Shown one piece after another: positions 8,779-18,768 of a DNA stretch of 44,050 bases (position 1 is its first letter; every line of letters begins with the position of its first letter). Below the pieces are notes generated by a model. It was not told where the DNA came from, did not search any database, and saw nothing but the letters and a program-made list of their open reading frames with translations. The position numbers and the translations under genes are program-made. The stretch is from Escherichia phage BEU33. The DNA is taken from sequence record OM632667.1. The stretch is one strand, 5' to 3'.

Positions 8779-9137
8779 TGAGCACTGCTTTCAGTAAACG
8801 TATGCAAGGCGTGGGTACACGCCTGCTAACCAAATTCGGCAGCACGGTATCTTTGGTTCGCGCTGGCTCGAAAGTGTGGGACGAAGTTCTCGGTGAGTAC
8901 GTCTGGTCTGCGGACGAAGTGTTGCCGTTGAAGGCCGTTCCGGTTCCTGTTAATGCGGGTCTGGTGAACGGTACGACGATTCAGGCTGGTGACATGATTG
9001 TTAAAGCCGATTACAGCGTCGTTCCTAAGATGGAAGACAAAGTGCAATTCGGCGGCGAGCAATGGTCCGTCGTAGCCATTGAGAAGAAGGTGGTTAACGA
9101 TGATGTTGTGGCCTACTTTATTCAGGTGAGAAAATGA
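8778..9137 (+). CDS. head-tail joining / head closure protein
   Basis: ATG 8778 with RBS GGAGG overlapping upstream stop; position only. Confidence 0.35.
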   Translation: MSTAFSKRMQGVGTRLLTKFGSTVSLVRAGSKVWDEVLGEYVWSADEVLPLKAVPVPVNAGLVNGTTIQAGDMIVKADYSVVPKMEDKVQFGGEQWSVVAIEKKVVNDDVVAYFIQVRK

Positions 9138-9529
9138 GTTTCGCGCTGGACGTCTCTAAGTTCGTGGAAAAGGCGAAGAAGAACCCTGAGAAGGTGATGC
9201 GTCAGGTGTCTATCAAGCTGTTTTCCGCTATTATAAAGGCGAGTCCGGTAGATACTGGTCGGTTTCGCATGAACTGGATGGCATCTGGCGGTACTCCTGC
9301 TTCCGGGATTACGGATGCTACGGATAAATTAGGAAACACAGCAACCGGAAACGCTACAAGTTTCGTGCTGAAAGCCACCGACTGGCATGAGTTCACGCTG
9401 ACAAATAACCTGCCGTATGCACAACGGCTGGAGTATGGCTGGTCGCAACAGGCCCCGCAAGGATTCGTCAGGACTAACGTGTCCCGCTTCCAGCAACTCA
9501 TTAACGAAGAAGCTAGCAAGGTGAGATGA
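9134..9529 (+). CDS. tail component, HK97 gp10-like
   Basis: Motif SPVDTGRFRMNW resembles the gp10 family signature; position. Confidence 0.45.
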   Translation: MSFALDVSKFVEKAKKNPEKVMRQVSIKLFSAIIKASPVDTGRFRMNWMASGGTPASGITDATDKLGNTATGNATSFVLKATDWHEFTLTNNLPYAQRLEYGWSQQAPQGFVRTNVSRFQQLINEEASKVR

Positions 9530-9942
9530 TGGGCTACTTTGAGGACTTAACAAAAGCGTTTGATGTGCCGCTGGTAGCCTTCGGAACCACCAACGGCATC
9601 AAGGTAGCGCTTGAAAACATCGACGCGCCGACGTCAACAGATACGCCGTATCTGGCAAGTTACATGTTGCTGGCGGATACCGAGCAGGCTGACTTATTCT
9701 TCACGGAACAACGCGCCGGTGTCTATCAGATAGACATTAACTACGCATCGGTGAAAGGTAGCGCGCCAATCAATAAAATGGCAGACTTACTTAACACGGC
9801 GTTTAAATCAGGTAAGGCATTTTCGCGTAACGACATCTGCGCCGAGGTTCAATCGGTTAGCCTGGGGCCGCTGATTGTAGAAAACGGATGGGCCAAACGA
9901 CCATTGTCAATTAACTTTATTGCATTCACCAAGAGGCTGTGA
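9526..9942 (+). CDS. tail terminator / tail completion protein
   Basis: Position immediately upstream of major tail protein; no motif verified. Confidence 0.35.
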   Translation: MMGYFEDLTKAFDVPLVAFGTTNGIKVALENIDAPTSTDTPYLASYMLLADTEQADLFFTEQRAGVYQIDINYASVKGSAPINKMADLLNTAFKSGKAFSRNDICAEVQSVSLGPLIVENGWAKRPLSINFIAFTKRL

Positions 9943-9944
9943 AT

Positions 9945-11111
9945 ATGGCTACAACTCCTTTTAAGGGCGCGAATACCGCGCAATTCTATGTGGCGGAAAC
10001 TACCCCGGGCGTAACACCGGCTAACCCTGTCTGGTCGCCGTTGCGTAACACTGGCGGTGTTCCTGCCGTAACCCGCGATGCGCTGACTTCCAACGAACTA
10101 GACGGCAGCCGTGAAACTACATCCATCCGAACCGGTAACAAACAGGTTAGCGGGGAGTACGCCATCGAACTTAGCTCTCGTAGCCAGGATGATTTCCTTG
10201 CGGGAGCGATGACTTCTACGTGGCAAGCTGGGGTAGAGATTACTGGCGCCGAAATTACGGTCGCCCCAGCAGGTAAAACATTCACCCGCGCTGCCGGTAG
10301 CTTCATTACTGACAGTGTAGAAGTTGGCGACCTTATTGCGTTCACCGACTTAACCGGCGACAACGCAAAACCGTTTATCGTGACCGCGGTTTCCGCTCTG
10401 GTAGTTACGGGCGCAGGTATTCAGCACACGCTGACAGCAGAGACAGTAACTACTGACGCAAAAACTGGCGACAAGCTGGAAACCGGTAACGCGTGTAAGA
10501 CGTTCTCCATCCTGACGTGGTTCAAGGGCCAGTGTGGTAACCTGGACGCGTACATGCTGACCAAAGGTGTGGAAATCTCTGGCTTTACCGTAGAGCAGGC
10601 GGTTAACGCCATGGTCACCGGCAGCTTCCCGTTCATCGGCCTGAGTCAGGAGATTCTTACCGCGCCGCCGTCTGGCTCTGATTTCTCTCAGGTTACGTTC
10701 ACCGATGAGCCGTTCTCGTCGGTAGATGTGTCGGTGTTCGATGGCTCCACGCCGTTGCGTTGCGATACTCTCACCATCACCAACGACAACGGAGCTTCCG
10801 CGCAGTTCGAACTCGGTAACAGTAGCGTGGCGTTCGTCGAACGTGGACGCGCAGCTAACACATTCTCTATCTCTGGCAAGCTGTACGACATGGCGATGAT
10901 TCAGAAGTTTATCAACGAGCAGCAGGTAGAGATTAACTCTATTCTGGCAGGGGTAAACGGGGCTATGTCTTTCAGTTTGAAACGTGCAGAGCTTACGGCG
11001 GTTACACCTGAGATTGGTGGGCCTGAGTCAATCACTCAGTCCATTGAAGGCCAGGCTACCGGCAATCAGTACCAGTCGTCTATCGTAATTCAACGTATCA
11101 CCTACGCATAA
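9945..11111 (+). CDS. major tail protein
   Basis: Last gene before the chaperone/tape-measure block, followed by a strong terminator; ATG 9945 with RBS AAGAGG. Confidence 0.55.
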   Translation: MATTPFKGANTAQFYVAETTPGVTPANPVWSPLRNTGGVPAVTRDALTSNELDGSRETTSIRTGNKQVSGEYAIELSSRSQDDFLAGAMTSTWQAGVEITGAEITVAPAGKTFTRAAGSFITDSVEVGDLIAFTDLTGDNAKPFIVTAVSALVVTGAGIQHTLTAETVTTDAKTGDKLETGNACKTFSILTWFKGQCGNLDAYMLTKGVEISGFTVEQAVNAMVTGSFPFIGLSQEILTAPPSGSDFSQVTFTDEPFSSVDVSVFDGSTPLRCDTLTITNDNGASAQFELGNSSVAFVERGRAANTFSISGKLYDMAMIQKFINEQQVEINSILAGVNGAMSFSLKRAELTAVTPEIGGPESITQSIEGQATGNQYQSSIVIQRITYA

Positions 11112-11115
11112 AACT

Positions 11116-11140
11116 AAGGCCCCTTTCGGGGCCTTTTTCT
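11116..11140. terminator. bidirectional terminator AAGGCCCC-tttc-GGGGCCTT
   Basis: GC stem flanked by T-tracts on both strands, between convergent genes. Confidence 0.8.
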
Positions 11141-11694
11141 TACAAACCTAATTTTAAAGCAATGTCTATAACGTTCGATTTAACGTCACCCGGTATGATG
11201 TAGGTGTCGTAATCTTTTACACCACTAACATCGTACAGATAGCCACGGCTATCGCCGATGAACGTATAGCCGTCACGATGGAGGCGGACGATTCGCACGT
11301 CATGCCCCGCGGCGACGATAGGGGCAACTTCACTGGCGAATCCACCGTCGGACACTACAAAAACTTCGTCGCCGTCAGGCAAGTTTTCAGCAAGATACTT
11401 ACCGAAATAATCATCGCCGAATACCGGTTTAATGAATTGCTCAGAAATGGCAATCATTAACTGGCGGCGGGACAACCCATTAAGAAAACCCTCGGGTTTT
11501 TCTTTCCGCGCCCGGTCGTCGTAGCCGTCGAGAAATTCGTGGTAAGCATCCTGGCCTAACGCTGCCAAAGCAATATTGAACATTGGATTCTTGAAACTGG
11601 TAGTTCCTTTCGCAAAGCCCATTTCTACCAGCGCCATAGCAAGCGTGTCTTTCCCGCAACCCGCAGGGCCATTAAGAATAATTACCTTAGCCAT
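11140..11694 (-). CDS. P-loop kinase, deoxynucleoside monophosphate kinase-like
   Basis: Walker A GPAGCGKDT and overall pattern resemble the T4 gp1 dNMP kinase family (from memory). Confidence 0.55.
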   Translation of the reverse strand: MAKVIILNGPAGCGKDTLAMALVEMGFAKGTTSFKNPMFNIALAALGQDAYHEFLDGYDDRARKEKPEGFLNGLSRRQLMIAISEQFIKPVFGDDYFGKYLAENLPDGDEVFVVSDGGFASEVAPIVAAGHDVRIVRLHRDGYTFIGDSRGYLYDVSGVKDYDTYIIPGDVKSNVIDIALKLGL

Positions 11695-12182
11695 TATTTA
11701 TCGCTCCCGTGGGGTTTTAAGTGTGTAGAGTTCCCGTTACAGTCGTATTCGGTAACTGCGTGTGCGGTTATGCCGAGGTCACGGAAATGCTTTATTACCG
11801 CTGGAGAGTCGTCGAACGCACACAAGATTCTTTCCAGTCCGAAAGCACGCAACACCTCTTCTTTAATTACGATGTCTTTTCTGTTGTCGTGTTTGCTGCG
11901 CATGATTAGCGTGTCAAACCTAACGTTATTCTCTCGTAACCATTCGCGAGTCTCCTCCTCAGCGTCATCACTTCGCCCGGTAAGGATAATTATAGTAAGT
12001 CCGGAATGCCACAGTACGCTACACAAATGGATATTGTCGTATATCGGAGCGTCATCTTTGCAGGCCATGTTAAATGGCTTCCACGCCCACGTTTCTCCGT
12101 AGTTATCTTTTGGTAACAGGTGTAAGCGATGGGTACCGTCGGCCAATGTCCCGTCTAAATCGAAAATTACAATATCTTTCAT
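11694..12182 (-). CDS. HAD-superfamily phosphatase, polynucleotide 3'-phosphatase (PNK3P)-like
   Basis: N-terminal DLDGT motif and DNRKDIVIKEE resembling the T4 Pnkp phosphatase domain (from memory). Confidence 0.55.
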   Translation of the reverse strand: MKDIVIFDLDGTLADGTHRLHLLPKDNYGETWAWKPFNMACKDDAPIYDNIHLCSVLWHSGLTIIILTGRSDDAEEETREWLRENNVRFDTLIMRSKHDNRKDIVIKEEVLRAFGLERILCAFDDSPAVIKHFRDLGITAHAVTEYDCNGNSTHLKPHGSDK

Positions 12183-13309
12183 CCCAGCATCTCCGGTGAA
12201 ATAGTTAAACGTGCGACCTCGCCATATTCGGCGCTATAAGTAATTACATTTGCACTGCGGCCCGACATCCATCCGCCGCGAGAGGCGTAGGCGTCTTTAG
12301 CCGCTAAGGTGCGGTGTTGCTCAACAATCATGTTACGGCTTTCTACAATCTTCTGGTGGTGCAGATGGCCTACGTGGGCGTAGCTGTAAACACTCTCGCC
12401 GAACGCTTTACGGAACTTGGCAATCATAACCGGTTCGATAGCGTCGAATCGTGCTTTATGCCCGTGATGGAAGAACAGCGTCGTTTTGCCGTGTTGCACC
12501 ATCTTGTAAACATCCGGCGACGTATCGACGAACACGCGCGGCTCATTGTCGTACAGCGTACTGAACATCTCAGCCAACCAAATCATACCCGATTCGTCGT
12601 GATTCCCTTGCACGATAAGCAAGCGAACATTTTTATGCTTAACCAACGCCATATCAACGACACGGCGGACCATACGAATCATGTAACGGACCAGTTTCTG
12701 ATAGCGCGTGTCAGCGTCAAGGACATGACCGCTTGCGGGCGTAACGGCATCAAGACTATCGAAGTGCGCTAAGTCACCAAGAAGATTGATAACCCCAGTA
12801 CCGGCATCCGGTGCTTTCTGGAATGCTGCATCGAACCAACGAGAGAACAGGTCTTCCGCAATCTTCATGTCCCAGTCGTCGCCGCTCTCGTCGGCCCAGG
12901 CCAGCATACCGAGATGGAAATCGGATACAGTGTAAAGATTGAGCAGCTTATCGTCCCGTTTGGCACGAACGGCTTTAACAGGTGCAACGGGCGTAATCTC
13001 CGATTTCATGCCTTCGATCACGGCTTTCATCAATTCAACCTGACGTTCGGCGTCAGTGTCGGTCTTAACCCATTGCAACTTAGTGTTGCCGAACTCATCC
13101 ACCAGTGACGACGTTCCTTTAATCTTATAGCCGTCCGGGACAAGGTGGCTAACATCACGTCCGTGACCTACACCTTTCTTAGCCAGCTTCGCTTTACGGA
13201 TACGAATTACGCGGTCTGAGATGCCGTATTTACGGGCGATGTCTACATTCTTCATTCCGGCGTTCAATTCTTCCTGTAACTGTTCGTCGGTTATTTTCTT
13301 CCGGGCCAT
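12179..13309 (-). CDS. calcineurin-like metallophosphoesterase with N-terminal HTH domain
   Basis: Motifs SDFHLG, GDLAHFD, GNHDE, HHGH, GHLHH in canonical order; about 115 aa of HTH-like N-terminus. Confidence 0.7.
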   Translation of the reverse strand: MARKKITDEQLQEELNAGMKNVDIARKYGISDRVIRIRKAKLAKKGVGHGRDVSHLVPDGYKIKGTSSLVDEFGNTKLQWVKTDTDAERQVELMKAVIEGMKSEITPVAPVKAVRAKRDDKLLNLYTVSDFHLGMLAWADESGDDWDMKIAEDLFSRWFDAAFQKAPDAGTGVINLLGDLAHFDSLDAVTPASGHVLDADTRYQKLVRYMIRMVRRVVDMALVKHKNVRLLIVQGNHDESGMIWLAEMFSTLYDNEPRVFVDTSPDVYKMVQHGKTTLFFHHGHKARFDAIEPVMIAKFRKAFGESVYSYAHVGHLHHQKIVESRNMIVEQHRTLAAKDAYASRGGWMSGRSANVITYSAEYGEVARLTISPEMLG

Positions 13310-13347
13310 GCTTACTTCCTCGTGTTTAGGATTTGTCTTATAGTAGC

Positions 13348-13566
13348 CTACTTCTCTTTCACGTTCGAGTTACAAGCCCAGATTAAAATGAATACCCACG
13401 GCAACAGAACCCACCCGAGAAATAAGTTAGCCATGAATATCGCTAGCTTTGCTTTATGGTTTCGCATATGGGCCACAAAAAACGGGATAAAATAAACGCC
13501 TACAACAATAATTAAAAAGAACATAGCGATACCGGTCATAACATAACTCCTGATTTGAGATAACAT
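13348..13566 (-). CDS. small membrane protein, superinfection-immunity (Imm)-like
   Basis: Two TM segments; motif RNHKAKLAIFMANLFLGW..WVFILIWA resembles the Imm family signature. Confidence 0.55.
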   Translation of the reverse strand: MLSQIRSYVMTGIAMFFLIIVVGVYFIPFFVAHMRNHKAKLAIFMANLFLGWVLLPWVFILIWACNSNVKEK

Positions 13567-13581
13567 CGTTGGTGTAAGTGA

Positions 13582-13610
13582 ATAGTACGCTATTATATTG
13601 GGGAGTGCAA
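13582..13610 (-). promoter_or_regulatory. promoter TTGCAC-N17-TACTAT driving the minus-strand island
   Basis: Hexamers and spacing read on minus strand; -10 ends about 15 nt upstream of the Imm-like start codon. Confidence 0.5.
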
Positions 13611-13717
13611 GTAGTGTGCTAGAATAATTTTGCGCCTAGTGTCGCACACGAAAAGCGGGTGGTTCCCGTCTGGCGCATTTCCTTTAACCAGTAACCTCTT
13701 AACCAAAGGATTAAAGA

Positions 13718-14134
13718 ATGAAACTTTCTGATTTTTATTACGAAGCGGAAGCCGAAAAGGGCGCACGTATGCCGATACCGCTAAAAGACGGTACTGATTC
13801 CGGGGAATGGCTTAATGTTGTTTCTCCTGAGGCGGACGTTGCCGTTAAGGCTATGCGCGCGTTCACCCTTGCATACCGGGCAGTATTAGGGAAATTAAAA
13901 CCGCTTCGTGATAAGTGCGAAGAGATGAAAGATTTCTCTGAATACAACCTGAAGATGGAAGACGCGGCGACGGACCTTAACCGTCAGTTAGCGATTGAAT
14001 TGGTTAACGGGTGGAGCCTTGACGACGAATTCAATAAAGAGAATCTGAACACACTCCTGACGCAATATAAACGACTCGCGGAACTTGTTGTTGTGTTTCA
14101 TAACGAACAACTGCACCAGCTACAGGAAAAGTAG
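13718..14134 (+). CDS. tail assembly chaperone (G-like)
   Basis: Immediately upstream of tape measure gene; followed by a -1 frame ORF. Confidence 0.55.
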   Translation: MKLSDFYYEAEAEKGARMPIPLKDGTDSGEWLNVVSPEADVAVKAMRAFTLAYRAVLGKLKPLRDKCEEMKDFSEYNLKMEDAATDLNRQLAIELVNGWSLDDEFNKENLNTLLTQYKRLAELVVVFHNEQLHQLQEK

Positions 14135-14499
14135 ACGCGTTGCTCCAGTTCGCCCGTTGGAACTTCATAACCCGCCACAAACGGCGGGAATTTGACAGTA
14201 TCGCCGATGGGCATAAAGCCGCGCTAATTGCTATGGGGGTTATGCAAGACGCGCCGGATGCAACGCAGGCCGCTGGGCCGGAATGCCCCCCTGAGCTATT
14301 AACCACATTTGAGAAGTACAGGGAAATTAAATTCACCCGCCGAGTGGACGACGACGGCATCAAGATGTACCCGCGCGAGCAATTACGATGGTCAGATTTA
14401 GTGGCGTACAGCACCGTTTCAGGCCAGAATATAGGGATGTTCGAATCCGACATCATCATGAGCTTAGACGCTATTTTCGAGGGTAGAAACGATGGCTGA
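14125..14499 (+). CDS. tail assembly chaperone -1 frameshift extension (GT-like fusion with 13718-14134)
   Basis: -1 frame open from 14104; candidate slippery heptamer GGAAAAG at 14125-14131 just before the stop at 14132. Confidence 0.45.
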   Translation, partial: GKVDALLQFARWNFITRHKRREFDSIADGHKAALIAMGVMQDAPDATQAAGPECPPELLTTFEKYREIKFTRRVDDDGIKMYPREQLRWSDLVAYSTVSGQNIGMFESDIIMSLDAIFEGRNDG

Positions 14500-16831
14500 T
14501 GTAGCTAGTTTAGTAGTAAAAGTAACAGAGCAAGGCGCGAAAGCCACATCAGACCGTCTTGACAACCTTTCAAAGTCCGCAAAAGTAGCGGGGGCCGCCG
14601 TAGCAGGCCTTGCTTCTATCGTAGCGGCTACCGCGTATAAAGCTGCCCAAGAACTGGTTGACTCACAGCGGCAACTGGACAAGATGTCCGCCAGTTTGAA
14701 GACCTTAACAGGAAGTACCCAAGGTGCTAAACAGGCGCTAAGTATCCTGCAAGATTTTGCCCGCGATACCCCATACGGACTGGAGCAGGCGGTGGAAGGC
14801 TTCCGTAAGCTGGTGGCCCTTGGCCTTACCCCATCCGAGGAGGCGTTGCGGTCCTACGGCAATACCGCATCGGCTATGGGCAAGGACCTTAATCAGATGA
14901 TTGAGGCGGTAGCCGACGCCAGTACGTTTGAGTTCGAACGCCTAAAAGAATTCGGCATCAAAGCCAAGCAGAACAAAAACGACGTAGAGTTTACATTCCA
15001 GGGGACAACAACCGTAGTTAAGAAAAGCGCTGCCGATATTGAGCAGTATTTACTTAATATTGGTAACGTAAATTTTGCCGGTGCCATGGCGGACCAGGCC
15101 AACACCCTTAATGGCGCTATCGCGAGCGCCAGTGACTCATGGTCGCAGCTAAAAATGACGCTTGCCACCAGTCTTGATGTTGGCGCACTTGCGGAACCTA
15201 TCAGGTATATCGATGACTTGATCCAGGAATTAAACGCGTCTGTTGCTTCCGGTGAATTAGCCGCTGAAATGCAGATGTGGGGCGACATAGCGTCGGAAGT
15301 AGGAAGCGCTATCGAGATGTCATTCGACGCTGCGTTTGGCTTTGTTGGTGATGCCATCAACGGGCTTAATGAACTGTGGGATTTCAGCAGCAAGAGTATT
15401 ACCGATAGCGGAGAACAAACGGCCACCACCATCGCTGAATCCGCCGCCGATGCTCTTGACTTCATCGCGGAAGAGTTCACCGCGATGGAGAGATTCTTTG
15501 AAGATATGGTTAAAGGTGCTCAGGACGCTGGCCGTCTTGTACGCGCCGCTTTTACCCCCGGGGAATCAGTAGACGTAGCTAAAAATATCAACTTCCAGCT
15601 TGGCATGGCTTTGGATACCCAGCGCGATGTCGCCGACGTTACGCGTAAAAGTTTCCGCGAACAGGTAGAAGCTCAACAGGATATTGTAGCGTTAAAACGC
15701 GCGGCGTATGACATCGATAAGGAGTCCGCAAAAGCTGAGGGGTTAAACAAATTTAAGGTAACCGGAACCGGCGGCGGTTCTGACGATGACGGGTCAGCCG
15801 CAAAAGCCGCTAAGAAAGCAGCGGACGCGTTCGAGCGCCAGAAAAAGGCGGCGGAAGACTTCTACTATCAGTCAATCCATCTTAATGATGACGTATTTCA
15901 GAAAATAGAAGCTAACCAGGAAGAGCAACTGTCTAAGTTGCAGGATTTTTATAGCAATAAGCTTCTTAGCGACCAACAGTACGAAAACGCCAAGACGCAG
16001 ATTATGCTCTCTGCCGAACAGGCCCGCCAGGAAGAACTGGACAAGAAAAGGAAAGAAGCCCAGGAGAAGCAGCAGAAAGGTGATGATTTCATGGCTCAGA
16101 TTATGGGCCAGAACGCCGCTGAGCTTGAGCTTCTCGACATCCAGGAACAGCAGAAACTGGCGGTCGCAGATAAGTACCGTGAGCAAGGGCTTATTAGTGA
16201 GAAGCAGTATCAGGCTGCGCTTAATGCCATCAACGAGCAGTACGCCACGAAGCGTGCCGACGCAACGGCAACGGCCTTCGGTAACATGGCCTCAAACATC
16301 GGGTCTGCGTTGGGCGAAGCCTCTGGTGCGTATAAGGCATTCGCTATCGTACAGGCCACCATAGCCACTTACACCGCGGCTATCGAGGCGTACAAGTCCA
16401 CGGCGGCTATCCCTGTAGTTGGCCCATTCCTGGCTCCTGTAGCTGCCGCCGCTGCCGTTGGGGCGGGTATGGCGCAGATTTCCGCTATCAGGTCCGCACG
16501 TGAACAGGGCGGACAGTTATCCGCGGGGCAGGCTTCAACCATCGCCGAACGCGGTAAACCAGAAGTTATCATGCCCGCTGGTGCGTCACGTGTACGCACC
16601 GCACAGCAGATGAAAGAAATTATGGGGCAAAACGGGTCTTCTTCCGGACCGTCTAATGTTACTATCGTAAACAACACGAGTTCTCAAATCGGCAACGTAT
16701 CCACTGAGCAAGATGATGAAGGCCGTTTGCGTATCATCATCGAGGAGCAAGTGGCTGCCTCTTTGCAGAACAGTAACAGTAAGATTAGCAAGGCCCGCAA
16801 GGCCACAAGAAATGCGCCGGGGTTTAAATAA
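14492..16831 (+). CDS. tail tape measure protein
   Basis: 779-aa A/Q/E-rich helical-looking protein after the chaperone pair. Confidence 0.8.
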   Translation: MADVASLVVKVTEQGAKATSDRLDNLSKSAKVAGAAVAGLASIVAATAYKAAQELVDSQRQLDKMSASLKTLTGSTQGAKQALSILQDFARDTPYGLEQAVEGFRKLVALGLTPSEEALRSYGNTASAMGKDLNQMIEAVADASTFEFERLKEFGIKAKQNKNDVEFTFQGTTTVVKKSAADIEQYLLNIGNVNFAGAMADQANTLNGAIASASDSWSQLKMTLATSLDVGALAEPIRYIDDLIQELNASVASGELAAEMQMWGDIASEVGSAIEMSFDAAFGFVGDAINGLNELWDFSSKSITDSGEQTATTIAESAADALDFIAEEFTAMERFFEDMVKGAQDAGRLVRAAFTPGESVDVAKNINFQLGMALDTQRDVADVTRKSFREQVEAQQDIVALKRAAYDIDKESAKAEGLNKFKVTGTGGGSDDDGSAAKAAKKAADAFERQKKAAEDFYYQSIHLNDDVFQKIEANQEEQLSKLQDFYSNKLLSDQQYENAKTQIMLSAEQARQEELDKKRKEAQEKQQKGDDFMAQIMGQNAAELELLDIQEQQKLAVADKYREQGLISEKQYQAALNAINEQYATKRADATATAFGNMASNIGSALGEASGAYKAFAIVQATIATYTAAIEAYKSTAAIPVVGPFLAPVAAAAAVGAGMAQISAIRSAREQGGQLSAGQASTIAERGKPEVIMPAGASRVRTAQQMKEIMGQNGSSSGPSNVTIVNNTSSQIGNVSTEQDDEGRLRIIIEEQVAASLQNSNSKISKARKATRNAPGFK

Positions 16832-18249
16832 TGAGCGACTTATACTTTCCACGTAGCCTTAAGCCGGTGGTATCAAAAGGCTACTCAATGACCAGACGTA
16901 ACAACGTCTGGAGTGTAGATTTAGCCGGTGGCGGAGTGCGTCAAGGCCGTGACACGTATTATGATGTGTTCCCAATAAGCGTAACCCTGATTACATCCGC
17001 AATGGGGCGGCAGGCGTTTCTGTCGTTCCTCGAGAAAGTCGATGGTGGCGCGTCAAGTTTCTGGATGGCGCACGACTTCGGCATGGGTATTGAGGATTAT
17101 CAAGTCACCATTACATCCACCGTCGCCGAGTCCACTGAAGACGGGATTAACTGGACAATTACTTTCACGGCAACCGCTGAGAAATCACCGTTCCAGGACC
17201 TCGAGAACCAGTGTCTGATTAACAATCTGCCAGATTTGTATGGCTGTTATGGTGATTGCCTGGGCAGTTTCCTGAAAATATACGCGAACTACGAGACTAC
17301 GTTCCCACGCATCTGGAGTAATGAAGGGCCTGCGGGATACCCGCCAATTAACCTTCTGGCGTCCGCGCTGGATAGCCGCATTGTTTATGAGGGGCCACAG
17401 GTTTACTACATCAACCGAAATGGCAATCTTGTGCGGTCCGCCGCCAATGAATGGCCTCTTACGTTCATTGACGGGGTTGCTGTTGGGCGTGTGCCACCAG
17501 AAGGCGGTTCTATTAACTACCAGATAGGCGGGTTAGGTATTGGGTGGGTACATACTTTCAACCGTATACCACTAACATCAACAGAGGACAGTGTATATCA
17601 AGGCAACCTGGCGGGCACAGTCACCCCAACAGCAGAAAATAACAGCCATTTCTTGTATGCCGAATCGCTGGGGGATTCAGTAATAGATGTTGGGGAAACA
17701 TATACTGCTACGGTAATTCTTAAGGCGAATGGTGTCCAGTTTATTCAGGTTTATTGGAACGCAGGTAGCACAGGGATTTCATCGCACTACTCTAACTTCG
17801 ACCTTATTAATAAAGCTGTATCAGGCACGGCGACATCGGCTTTCGTAACTGAAATATCTGATGGGTGGGTTCTATGCTCAACTACCACAACCGCGACAGG
17901 AGACGGTTCTGCACTATCCTCCATCGCGGTGGCAAGCGTACCGTCTATGACGTCTACCAGACTCCCGTCTTACGCATCGGATGGAGCATCTTCTTTTTCA
18001 GTTGCGTCCGCTCAGGTTGAAAAAAAACCATTTGCCACGTCGCCGATAGTAACTGACGCATCACCATCCGCCCGCCCGGCGGCATCGGCAAAAGTAGCAA
18101 TGAACGGCGCAACAAGCATCGACATTACCTATTCTGACGGCACTGTGGTAAACATTCCAGCGATTGGAGATTACGCCGCCATCCCACAGGCTGATTCTGC
18201 GTGGGGCAGTAAATACATCACTCGTATTGATTTTAATGTGGGCGGTTAA
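16831..18249 (+). CDS. minor tail protein (distal tail-like)
   Basis: Directly after tape measure, start overlaps its stop; position only. Confidence 0.45.
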   Translation: MSDLYFPRSLKPVVSKGYSMTRRNNVWSVDLAGGGVRQGRDTYYDVFPISVTLITSAMGRQAFLSFLEKVDGGASSFWMAHDFGMGIEDYQVTITSTVAESTEDGINWTITFTATAEKSPFQDLENQCLINNLPDLYGCYGDCLGSFLKIYANYETTFPRIWSNEGPAGYPPINLLASALDSRIVYEGPQVYYINRNGNLVRSAANEWPLTFIDGVAVGRVPPEGGSINYQIGGLGIGWVHTFNRIPLTSTEDSVYQGNLAGTVTPTAENNSHFLYAESLGDSVIDVGETYTATVILKANGVQFIQVYWNAGSTGISSHYSNFDLINKAVSGTATSAFVTEISDGWVLCSTTTTATGDGSALSSIAVASVPSMTSTRLPSYASDGASSFSVASAQVEKKPFATSPIVTDASPSARPAASAKVAMNGATSIDITYSDGTVVNIPAIGDYAAIPQADSAWGSKYITRIDFNVGG

Positions 18250-18252
18250 CTT

Positions 18253-18768
18253 ATGAGTCAGGAATCAGTAGAAGCAGCCTACCGCCGTAAGCTGGCCTCA
18301 AACCCCGACGGCGAGATTGACTACACGACGCTGGAGATAGTGCATCCGCTTCTTTCGAAGCGGTATTTACTTGTGCGCGGGCTACAGGAACTTACGGCAA
18401 CACTGGAGACAGGCGAAACTATCACATTCGAACCTACCCCGATGGAGGCGTCGGGGGCGGCTAACAACAGTGATATGGACCAGACGACAACATTCACTCT
18501 GCCGGATATTCTCAATCAACTGGATGATGAGATGGATAAAATCCCGATGAGTAATACCGAGTTACCGAAGTTCATATTCCGCCGTTACGTCAGCACTGAC
18601 CTGTCTTACCCGGCTGACGGCCCTGTCGTGTACGAGTTACAGGCCATTAATCAGGAGAAGGGCGAGTTCTCCGCAGATGTCGGTACACCTATGCTGAACC
18701 AACGAAGCACTGGTATACTGATGACACCTAAAGAGATACCGTTATTACGCGGCCTGTTGACCACATGA
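18253..18768 (+). CDS. minor tail protein
   Basis: Position in tail tip cluster. Confidence 0.4.
   Translation: MSQESVEAAYRRKLASNPDGEIDYTTLEIVHPLLSKRYLLVRGLQELTATLETGETITFEPTPMEASGAANNSDMDQTTTFTLPDILNQLDDEMDKIPMSNTELPKFIFRRYVSTDLSYPADGPVVYELQAINQEKGEFSADVGTPMLNQRSTGILMTPKEIPLLRGLLTT

Noticed and set aside
14893-15480. 195-aa minus-strand ORF inside the tape measure gene
   Set aside because: Antisense to a convincing 779-aa gene; Ser/Ala-rich low-complexity product.
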